A stretch of 29,501 bases of DNA from Candidatus Heimdallarchaeota archaeon (GTDB taxonomy: Archaea > Asgardarchaeota > Heimdallarchaeia > JABLTI01), in NCBI GenBank assembly GCA_030614005.1, contig JAUWKS010000042.1, positions 1 to 29,501 on the forward strand, given 5' to 3'. The position numbers were made by a program, and so were the translations under genes. Positions 1 through 8,032 of this stretch are shown here, piece by piece; position 1 is the first letter of the stretch; each line of letters opens with the position of its first letter. Under the pieces are notes generated by a model that was given only the letters and a program-made list of their open reading frames with translations, did no database searches and was not told the DNA's origin.

Positions 1-30
1 ATTCGTACAGCTATTCTAAGAGGCATTTAA
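1..30 (+). CDS. Possible 3' end of a gene entering from the left edge (...IRTAILRGI*)
   Basis: Frame 1 is open from base 1 to TAA at 28-30, followed by AT-rich intergenic DNA. Too short to verify. Confidence 0.3.
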   Translation: MRTAILRGI

Positions 31-338
31 AAAGAAGAAAGGGTATTGAATTGTAGGAGAATCACTATGCAAAATTATTGATATTTCTATGAAAAAAGAT
101 ACTTGCTTATTTTCTTTGACTGTGGAAAATTTAAATATTAGTTAACGAAATAGAATCATAATTTTCCCCTACTATTGACTTATATATCAATTTAAAATTC
201 AAATAGTTTTCTAAACCTTGAGGAAATAAACAAACTAAAACCCGCTTGTTCAAATCGCGCTGGGTCCACAAAATTTATACTTTTTAGTATTGGTTATATT
301 AATTAAGCTAAATTGACCATATTTATCAAGGGATTAGG

Positions 339-692
339 ATGGAAAAAACACCTTTGGAATTGAAAACTCTCTTATCGAAAGATGGAGAGACGTTAGGTAG
401 AATACTGCGCATCGCTGAACGTCGTGGGTATGATAATCAAAAGGAATTTTTCTACATTATTCAATATCGAAAGAATAGACCGAAAAAACATACTCTCGAA
501 TTACCATTAAAAACATACCAACCTTATGAAATAACAGATGAATCTGTTTCAATTGGCATTGCCAAAGATGAATTTGTGATTTTAATTAAGCAGTATGAAA
601 CTGATCGAACACTAAAAGCAAAAGCAGCGAAATTTGCTAAAGTTAAGAAGACAGATGAAGCAATGGCTCGAACACTAACTGGTAGATGGTAA
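339..692 (+). CDS. Hypothetical protein, possibly PRC-barrel-like
   Basis: 117 aa with GGATTAGG upstream. The pattern LLSKDGETLGRI...LELPL...ITDESVSI resembles PRC-barrel strands (DG..LG.V / iP / i.d..v.i). Confidence 0.55.
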   Translation: MEKTPLELKTLLSKDGETLGRILRIAERRGYDNQKEFFYIIQYRKNRPKKHTLELPLKTYQPYEITDESVSIGIAKDEFVILIKQYETDRTLKAKAAKFAKVKKTDEAMARTLTGRW

Positions 693-846
693 TTAATCAA
701 ATTATTATTTTTCAGCAAGCAGCATTTTTATTTTGTTTGCTGCAACAAATTAGGAAAGCTTTTAGAATTTTGATTTTATAATATAGTATTGTTTTGTTAC
801 ATATTATTCGATATTTAGTATTCGACTGTAATGGATTTTGATTGCT

Positions 847-1713
847 ATGGAAAAAAAGGTCAGAAAGAAAATCGAAAGTATACAAAGGGAAGAGATTACT
901 GCTTATCATATCTACTGTTATCTAGCTAAGCGCGAGAAAAACTCGCACAATAAAGAGATTCTGACCAATATCGCCAAGGACGAGATGGGCCATTACAACG
1001 ATTTCAAAGAGCTCACAAAAAAAGATGTTAAACCTTCAAGAGTGCAGATTTTCTTCTATTCTCTCTTATGTCTTATATTTGGATTGACCTTTTCCCTTAA
1101 ACTAATGGAGCGGCTTGAAGCAAAAACTTCGATAGATTATTCCAAACTAGAACAACACTATCCTGGTATCGTTAAGATAATAGAAGAAGAGGAAGCTCAC
1201 GAAAAAGTTCTTCTTGATTTGATCGATGAAAAGAAGCTCAACTATGTTGGCTCCATTGTATTAGGTTTGAATGATGCCTTAGTTGAACTTACAGGTGCTT
1301 TAGCTGGTTTTACTTTTGCCATTCAAAATAGTCGCGCTATTGCTTTAATGGGTTTGATTACAGGTGTTGCTGCCACTTTCTCTATGGCTGCTAGTGAATA
1401 TCTCTCTCAAAGGCAAGAAACCGGTCGCTCCGTCGCTTTGAGATCCAGTCTTTATACTGGTCTAACTTATGCTATTACAGTAGTATTTCTGATAACTCCT
1501 TACTTTCTGATAGAAAATCCCTTTGTAAATTTGGGCGTTATGATCAGCATTGTTATTTTTATTATTTTTATATTTAATTTCTATATCTCCGTCGCAAAAG
1601 ATTTGTCGTTTATTCGACGTTTTCTTGAGATGGCTGGAATTAGTGTCGGAGTAGCTCTTCTCTCATTTGGAATAGGTTGGGTTGTGCGGACCTTTCTCGG
1701 TTTAGATATTTAA
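847..1713 (+). CDS. Rubrerythrin (ferritin-like)-VIT1/CCC1 iron transporter fusion
   Basis: N-terminal di-iron E/ExxH motifs (REEITAY, DEMGH, EEAHE). VIT1 signature GLNDALVELTGALAG...SMAASEYLS followed by TM helices. ATG 847 preferred over the ORF-track start at 838. Confidence 0.9.
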   Translation: MEKKVRKKIESIQREEITAYHIYCYLAKREKNSHNKEILTNIAKDEMGHYNDFKELTKKDVKPSRVQIFFYSLLCLIFGLTFSLKLMERLEAKTSIDYSKLEQHYPGIVKIIEEEEAHEKVLLDLIDEKKLNYVGSIVLGLNDALVELTGALAGFTFAIQNSRAIALMGLITGVAATFSMAASEYLSQRQETGRSVALRSSLYTGLTYAITVVFLITPYFLIENPFVNLGVMISIVIFIIFIFNFYISVAKDLSFIRRFLEMAGISVGVALLSFGIGWVVRTFLGLDI

Positions 1714-1900
1714 TCTTGGTTTTTGTGAAATCTCGATAATAAATAAAATTTAGAAATTAGTCTCAAATTTATTTTATGCTTTAGAAACTATCTCATATAT
1801 CTTGACTCAATAAGATTCATCTGTTGTTTAACTCTATCTGAATAATTTTGCACTACATTTGAATGGAAATGGATAGTGTATTGTGCTTTTCTCTCTCATT

Positions 1901-2878
1901 TTAGGAAATTATTTTGTTTTCACCTACTTTCCTTTCATTATATGCTAAAATTGAAATGAACTCAAAAACAATATTAGCTGCTAGAAATGCAGTAATCTCT
2001 GAGGGATCAAATGCTGGTAAAACCTCCACTACATCAAATCCTATAAAATTAAGATCTTTCAATCCACGTATTAATCTTATAGCTTCTCCGCTAGTTACTC
2101 CCCCTATTTCTGGTGTGCCCGTTCCGGGGGCATATGCAGGATCAACAAAATCAACATCAAAAGTTAGAAATACTTTTGATTTTCCTACTCTCTTTATAAT
2201 TCGTTGAATTATTTTTTCAATACCTTTTTCTTGGATTTCTTCAGTAGTAATAACTTCGAATCCCATAGATTTTGGTATATCTAGATGTTTATTTGAGAAA
2301 GTAGAACCACGTAAACCGACTTGAATTGATTTATCAACTAAAAGGAGATTTTCATCTACTGCTCTTGCAAAAGGTGTTCCGTGATTGTAGGGGTGACCAA
2401 AATATTCAGCTGAAGTATCACTGTGAGCATCAAAATGAACAAGAGCTACTGGTCCATGTGCTTTAGCTATACACCTAAGTTCTGGTAAAGTTATTGCGTG
2501 ATCTCCACCAAGCAATATAGGAATAACTCCTGCATCTACTATTGGTTGCAGACCTTCTGCTATTCTTTTATAGCTATCCTCAATATATCCAGGAACACCT
2601 GGTAAATCTCCGTAATCTACTCCTGAAAGATAATTGAAAGGGCTAATATCTAGAATTGGATTATGACTTCTGATTAAAGTTGAAGCTTTCCTAATTGCAG
2701 CTGGTCCGTCTCTCTGTCCAGTTCTAAATGATGCTCCTGCATCAGATGGCACTCCAATTATTGCAAAATCAATATTTTCTACTGTTCTAATATGGGGTAA
2801 ACGTAAAAATGTTTTAACACCTGAAAATCGAGGTGTTTTTAGAGGATCTACTGGTTTGTATTTATTCAGTTTAATCAC
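1901..2878 (-). CDS. speB: Agmatinase / ureohydrolase
   Basis: Ureohydrolase Mn-binding motifs GGDHAIT, HFDAHSD, HGTPF, TFDVDFVDP, plus PGTGTP. GTG start. Exact substrate is uncertain. Confidence 0.88.
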   Translation of the reverse strand: MIKLNKYKPVDPLKTPRFSGVKTFLRLPHIRTVENIDFAIIGVPSDAGASFRTGQRDGPAAIRKASTLIRSHNPILDISPFNYLSGVDYGDLPGVPGYIEDSYKRIAEGLQPIVDAGVIPILLGGDHAITLPELRCIAKAHGPVALVHFDAHSDTSAEYFGHPYNHGTPFARAVDENLLLVDKSIQVGLRGSTFSNKHLDIPKSMGFEVITTEEIQEKGIEKIIQRIIKRVGKSKVFLTFDVDFVDPAYAPGTGTPEIGGVTSGEAIRLIRGLKDLNFIGFDVVEVLPAFDPSEITAFLAANIVFEFISILAYNERKVGENKIIS

Positions 2879-3011
2879 CTATCTATTGAAATAATAATGG
2901 TAATATCAACCAATTGAATCACTAATTTTCTTATTGATACATTTCATTAGATTTACTTAAACTTTTCAGCTTCTTTTTTAGGCTAACAAACAACATAATT
3001 GCAATCAAATT

Positions 3012-3797
3012 TCATTTTATTAGCTGCACCAGATGACTAATTCCCGTTGCCGGGGGAACAAAATAGACGGTAAAATTATCTGGTACAATCGCTAAAGCAG
3101 AAAGGTATTCTTGATAGCTTTCAGATAGCATATATGACTTGAAATTACAAACAAGAATGATTTTCCTTTTATTATAAGCAAACTGAATAGCTTTCACAAA
3201 TTCAAGAACCTGTGAACTAGTTTTACAAGCAGAACCAAGCATTAAACCTTGCAAATTCTCATTAGCTAAAATCTCTACTGCTCTTTCCGGTGACGAAACT
3301 TCACCATACATAAGTGAAACTTTGAAACCCTCTGAATGCAACCTTTCAGTTAAGAAATCGCGCATTTTATTTGTTACTCGAGTAATTAGTTTAGGGCTGG
3401 GTGGTAATTGTTTCTCTATTTCGTTGGAAGTTGTAACCCATTTTGGTTCATAGATTAGTAAAGCTTGTTTAATGAACTCATCTGGAATATCTTTGAACAT
3501 TTCAGCACAGCAATCTTTTAATAACTGAGCAATTTCATGAAGAGAATATTTGGAAAATTCCTTGAATGTTTCTCCTATCATTATTACATTAAATGGCAGA
3601 GCTTCTGGATGATTCTTTTGAAGAGTAATGATCTCTTTGATTTTCTTATTTATTGTTTGTAAATCATCGTCTGTTTCAGGGTGACCTATGAGAATACCTG
3701 AAGCATTTGCTTGAAATAGATGGTTGCAGGTTATCTTTCCTGTTTGAGCTTCCTCAACAATATCGAAATTCTGTGCAACTACTTTGAAGATTGCCAT
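3012..3797 (-). CDS. tpiA: Triosephosphate isomerase homologue, circularly permuted
   Basis: Starts at VVAQN...TGKI...LIGHPE (H39, E41), then MIGET, IYEPKW (E117), MYGEV and MLGSAC. The normally N-terminal RKIILVCNFK (N218, K220)...VYFVPP segment is at the C-terminus. Confidence 0.85.
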   Translation of the reverse strand: MAIFKVVAQNFDIVEEAQTGKITCNHLFQANASGILIGHPETDDDLQTINKKIKEIITLQKNHPEALPFNVIMIGETFKEFSKYSLHEIAQLLKDCCAEMFKDIPDEFIKQALLIYEPKWVTTSNEIEKQLPPSPKLITRVTNKMRDFLTERLHSEGFKVSLMYGEVSSPERAVEILANENLQGLMLGSACKTSSQVLEFVKAIQFAYNKRKIILVCNFKSYMLSESYQEYLSALAIVPDNFTVYFVPPATGISHLVQLIK

Positions 3798-3808
3798 GGT
3801 CTATCTTG

Positions 3809-3879
3809 GTTAACGCACTCTTAAAGAGTTGGTGTTAACTTTTGATTCTCTGCGAGTCCGCCCAACTCCCGCGAGGGAG
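3809..3879. other. Two stem-loops at the tnpB 3' end (candidate IS right end / omegaRNA scaffold)
   Basis: GTTAAC..ACTCTT-A-AAGAGT..GTTAAC (3809-3839) and CTCCC-GCGA-GGGAG (3866-3879). Confidence 0.45.
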
Positions 3880-4269
3880 GAACTTTCGTTTGACGTTTGG
3901 CTGTGTATCGCTAAAAAACTTCTCTCGAAAGACTCGAATATCTTTCAAGAGTCGTTGCCTGACCACAAGGCGTTTCTGTGATAGTGCTAGCAGAGCGAGG
4001 AAGCGCTGCATTTGTGTTCCTGCACTGCTTGTGTCTCGATCTATTTCTAGCCCACAATCACAACTAATAGTTCGTTCGGAGAGTTTGCGGTTCTCTTTAT
4101 TCATGCAGTAACTGCATCTTTTGGTTGTTCTTCGTTCACTGATCCTTATTACGTTTTTACCCAGCTTTTCTGCTTTGTAGGTTAAGTATCCAGCGAAGCG
4201 ACCAATCGAACCACTGCTTTGCATGGTTCTATGTCTGCTTTTATCATTCTTCTTATCGCTCTTCTTGCT
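3835..4269 (-). mobile_element. tnpB: 3' remnant of IS200/IS605-family tnpB (Cas12f-like)
   Basis: GRFAGYLTYKAEKLGKNVIRISERRTTKRCSYC...SCDCGLEIDRD matches the TnpB C-terminal Zn ribbon and RuvC-III Asp. RuvC-I/II and the N-terminal part are absent. Confidence 0.85.
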
Positions 4270-4380
4270 CTTACTCATTGCTCTCAGAACGCGTGGTGGA
4301 ACCATTGTTGGTCCTGGAGTAAAGACAAGTTTTTCATTCGAATTATAAAAATCTTCAAAACCACTAGTTAGTTGATTCAT
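4270..4380 (-). pseudogene. 5' fragment (37 codons) of a class V PLP aminotransferase, fused in frame to the tnpB remnant
   Basis: KLVFTPGPTMVPPRVLRAMSK is the typical N-terminus of serine-pyruvate/alanine-glyoxylate aminotransferases. The rest of the enzyme is missing. Confidence 0.75.
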
Positions 4381-4518
4381 ATTTATCAGTGAATTCTTTG
4401 GTTAAATTAATTGAAAAAATTTTCCTACAAGAGCTTAATGAGAAAATTGTATTGGTGCTAGTTCTTAAGAAAAAGTGGGAAATACAACTCCAATACGCTT
4501 AGAGATCCTAAAAGCGAG

Positions 4519-4590
4519 TATCTCTATTTTTGCGGATGGGGAGATAACTTAGCTGACTATTGCTATTATCTGGAGTGCACTTCCCAGATA
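4519..4590. other. Tandem inverted repeats in the E2/aminotransferase intergenic region
   Basis: TATCTC...GAGATA (4519-4546) and TATCTGG-AGTGCACTTC-CCAGATA (4567-4590). Confidence 0.4.
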
Positions 4591-4668
4591 TATTTAACAT
4601 TAACATATAAAGAGGATTTAGAAAGAGGCAAAATGAAAGAAAAAATCCTTTTAGGCTCTATTCCATTA

Positions 4669-5142
4669 TTATCCAAGTGCTTCCCAAGTGGCATATTTCT
4701 CCACATAAAGTTTAGCTTTTCGTTCGAATTCTTTAAGACTATTTTTGAACTCTTTTGCAGCAGTAGTATTTAATGGATCGTCAGGATTTGGGTTTGATAA
4801 TAGAAATCGTAATGATTCCACAATATCTACTAAATTACTTGCAGGTGTCCAATCTTTTCCCAATATACCTACACAAATTCTATCTTTGAAAATATTTGGA
4901 TGCCAAATAGGAGTTATAACTTTCACTTTTGGGGGCTTAAATGGGAATGATCTTGGCACATGTATTTCAAATTGAAATACGCCACCAGAATATAAACCAG
5001 TCCCTATCATAAATCCTCTCCAAACTCGAGTGTTCCCATTTATTGGTGTAAAGTTTGGTTCCTCTCTCTTCATTTCCCCTGCTTCAATAGCTAATCTTGC
5101 CCAAAAGTCATCCTCACTGAGTTCCATTTGATTCTTCCTCAT
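4669..5142 (-). CDS. Ubiquitin-conjugating enzyme E2 (UBC fold)
   Basis: FPFKPPKVKVITPIWHPNI, active-site ICVGIL, WTPA, and NPNPDDPLNTTAA. These are canonical UBC motifs with the catalytic Cys intact. Confidence 0.95.
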   Translation of the reverse strand: MRKNQMELSEDDFWARLAIEAGEMKREEPNFTPINGNTRVWRGFMIGTGLYSGGVFQFEIHVPRSFPFKPPKVKVITPIWHPNIFKDRICVGILGKDWTPASNLVDIVESLRFLLSNPNPDDPLNTTAAKEFKNSLKEFERKAKLYVEKYATWEALG

Positions 5143-5392
5143 TTATTTTTAAAGTAATTATTTTGATTATTTTTTCTAAACTATATTCGTTATCGTTTAA
5201 CCCTTTTGAAAGTTTTTCATAGTGGATGATTTAAATTTTGTCGTGAATTTATCTTAAACTAGTTCATTCCTTCTACCATTTTATAGTTTTGCTTTCTGCA
5301 ATTATATAAAATCCCTATCCGAAAGACTTTTTGAATAATTATGTATTAAATGAGTATACTAAATTATTTAATCATAGGTTACTGATGTAAAA

Positions 5393-5659
5393 ATGGCTTC
5401 TCGAAGAATACCCGAACTTGACGCAGCTATAAAATGGAAAACATTTTATGATTTATTGAGCCAAAAAGCATTCAAAGATGAGAGAGATAAAGGAGTTGTT
5501 GCAGCAGTGTTTTGTTTTAGCACTTTTCCGGCCACAATCGAAACAGTTGTTCGTTGGAAGGCTCTCTGTGATATTTTAGTGAGAGATCCATTCAACATTG
5601 ATAATGCTAGAAGAGGTTTAATCGCGGCTTTACTTTTACTGTCAATTAATAAAAAGTAG
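5393..5659 (+). CDS. Small hypothetical protein with a two-fold internal repeat
   Basis: 88 aa. WKTFYDLL..KAF.D...GVVAAVFCFS versus WKALCDIL.RDPF.ID...GLIAALLLLS. Confidence 0.7.
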   Translation: MASRRIPELDAAIKWKTFYDLLSQKAFKDERDKGVVAAVFCFSTFPATIETVVRWKALCDILVRDPFNIDNARRGLIAALLLLSINKK

Positions 5660-5686
5660 CATTTAGAGCACGATAAAAAATAGAAG

Positions 5687-5714
5687 AAAAAGAGAAATAT
5701 ACAAGTCTCTTTTT
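5687..5714. terminator. Bidirectional terminator-like hairpin between convergent genes
   Basis: AAAAAGAGA-N10-TCTCTTTTT lies between stops at 5659 (+) and 5716 (-). Confidence 0.5.
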
Positions 5715-5715
5715 A

Positions 5716-7872
5716 TTAACGAACTTTAGATCCATTTGGTACTTTGCGCATTGGTGTTAAAATGGATATTTCCGGGTCAGAATCAGCTGCTAACAACATA
5801 CCATTTGACTCTACACCACGAATTTTGGCAGGTTCCAAATTAGCTATAATTACTATTTGTTTTCCGACCAATTCATCTGGTTTGTAGCGTTCTGCAACAC
5901 CTGCAACAATTTGTCTTTCCTCTGTACCAATATCAACAATAATTTTCAGTAGTTTTTTCGTTCCTTCTACAGGTTCCACTGATTTTATTGTAGCAACTCT
6001 AAGATCTAATTGTTGAAAGTCTTTAAAGGAAACTAGTTCTTTTGTCATTTTTTCATCAACTTTTGGTTGTTTTTTCTTTGCTTTTTTAGGTTTAGATTGA
6101 GTTTTAGGTTTATTCTTGACCTTTTTGGAGGGATCCAATTGTGGATTTTGTTTTAGTAATTCCTTAGCAGATTCTCCGCCCCATTTCAAACCGAGTTCTA
6201 TTATTTGCTCAAGTTCTATCTTTGGGAATAGAGGTTCAAGTTCTTTGGAAATGCTATGATTATCAGAGATATTCTTTCCAACAGAATTCCAAGATTGCTT
6301 GTGAATATCTTCTTTTAATTGCAGTAAATCGAATATCTTTTCTGCAGTAAATGGAATGAATGGTGCTAAAAGCACGGCTAATCCTCTACAACATTGTGCA
6401 CAAATATTCAAAGTTGTAGCAACACGATCTTTCTTATTATCCTTCCAGTCGGCCCAAGGTTTCTTTGATTGGAAATACTTATTGCAGTCGCGTGCAAAAT
6501 CAAAGATGGTGAGAATTGTTCTTTGGAATTCCAATTTTCTCATCTCAAGATCTGCATTCTTTGAAACGTCAATTAATGCTTTGATAATAGCTTTATCTTC
6601 TTTTTCAAGAGCGTTCGCTTTTGGAATTTTACCATCGAAATAGCGATTAATAAATGTCAATGTTCTATGGATGAAATTTCCAAGAATATCTGCAAGATCA
6701 CCGTTTACACTATCACGAAACTCAGACCATGTAAAATCTGTATCATGTCTTTCAGGGGCAATTTTCATTAAGTAATATCGCCAGTAATCAGGCGGAAATA
6801 ATTCTAAAGCTGTATCTGTAAAAATACCAACTTTCTTACTGGAAGAAAACTTTGTTTTTTCATAATTTAACCATTGGAAAGCTTTAACATAATCAGCAAG
6901 CGCAAAGTCATCATCTGCTCCAATTAAAGTAGCTGGGAAAGTTATAGTATGGAAGGGTACATTATCCTTACCAATGAAATTAATGATGTAAGTATCAGTT
7001 TCTTTCCAGAATTTTTTCCATAAATCGGGATCACCTTGTTGTTTAGCCCATTCCATTGATATGGAAATATAACCTATTGGTGCATCAAACCAAACATAGA
7101 AGACTTTGTCACGGTATCCATCTAGAGGAATTGGTATACCCCACTTAATATCTCGAGAAATACTACGAGGTCTTAAGCCATCTCTTATCCAACTATTGGC
7201 AATTGAATGAGCTGTTTTTGGCCAATCTTTATGAGAATTAATCCACTCTTTTATTCTACCTTCTAAACTTCCTAAATCTATGAATAGATGTTTACCTGAA
7301 TGAATCTCAGTGTTACTCTTACCACAAATGATACAAACTGGGTTTATTAGATCTATACCATCTAGTACCTTTGAGCAATTTTCACATTGATCTCCTCTTG
7401 CATGTTCATATTTGCAATTTGGACAAGTACCAACAACATAGCGATCAGGTAGATTGCGCTTGCAATTCTTGCAATGTAAAGATTGTACCTCTTTTTCTAT
7501 AATGAAACCATTTTCATATAATTTTAAGAAAAGATGTTGAGTTAGTTCTGTATTTTCAGCTGTATGCGTTCTACTAAAAAGGTCAAATGAAAGACCAAAG
7601 CGCTCATAGATATCTTTCTGTTTATTGAACATTTGCTCAACGAATTCTTCGACTGGCATTCCCGCCTCTAAAGCAGAAACTTCACTGGGAGTACCGTGAT
7701 CGTCTGTTCCGCATACTGCAAGAACTTCTTCTCCTCTTTGTCTTAAATACCGTGCATAGATATCTGCTGGTAACAAAGTAGAAACCAAATTTCCGAGATG
7801 CTTTACAGTGTTAACGTAGGGCAACGCGCTTGTAATTAAATACCGTTTTTTCTTGTCAGACACTTTAAACAC
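5716..7872 (-). CDS. metG: Methionyl-tRNA synthetase with C-terminal tRNA-binding (Trbp111-like OB) domain
   Basis: ALPYVN...HLGN (HIGH), CGTDDHGT, two Zn knuckles, YVWFDA, IGKDNVPFH, KFSSSK (KMSKS), Lys-rich linker, DLRVATI...LEPAKIRGVESNGMLL. Confidence 0.97.
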   Translation of the reverse strand: MFKVSDKKKRYLITSALPYVNTVKHLGNLVSTLLPADIYARYLRQRGEEVLAVCGTDDHGTPSEVSALEAGMPVEEFVEQMFNKQKDIYERFGLSFDLFSRTHTAENTELTQHLFLKLYENGFIIEKEVQSLHCKNCKRNLPDRYVVGTCPNCKYEHARGDQCENCSKVLDGIDLINPVCIICGKSNTEIHSGKHLFIDLGSLEGRIKEWINSHKDWPKTAHSIANSWIRDGLRPRSISRDIKWGIPIPLDGYRDKVFYVWFDAPIGYISISMEWAKQQGDPDLWKKFWKETDTYIINFIGKDNVPFHTITFPATLIGADDDFALADYVKAFQWLNYEKTKFSSSKKVGIFTDTALELFPPDYWRYYLMKIAPERHDTDFTWSEFRDSVNGDLADILGNFIHRTLTFINRYFDGKIPKANALEKEDKAIIKALIDVSKNADLEMRKLEFQRTILTIFDFARDCNKYFQSKKPWADWKDNKKDRVATTLNICAQCCRGLAVLLAPFIPFTAEKIFDLLQLKEDIHKQSWNSVGKNISDNHSISKELEPLFPKIELEQIIELGLKWGGESAKELLKQNPQLDPSKKVKNKPKTQSKPKKAKKKQPKVDEKMTKELVSFKDFQQLDLRVATIKSVEPVEGTKKLLKIIVDIGTEERQIVAGVAERYKPDELVGKQIVIIANLEPAKIRGVESNGMLLAADSDPEISILTPMRKVPNGSKVR

Positions 7873-8032
7873 ACTCCTACTATTTTCGAGAATCGTTGAG
7901 AATAATGATATAGAACGAAAATATAATAGTGGTTTCTTCGTTGTGAGATGGTATTTAACTTTTTTGAATAGAAGTATAACGTAGTAACAATACTGATTTT
8001 TAGATAAAAAAAAAAGACTAATAAATGGAAAT

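Noticed and set aside
524-909. Minus-strand ORFs 524-718 and 712-909
   Set aside because: They overlap better-supported plus-strand genes or AT-rich spacer, and have no motifs.
3835-4380. Functional 181-aa protein or active TnpB/Cas12f
   Set aside because: It is a fusion of two fragments. RuvC-I/II and the PLP-binding core are missing.
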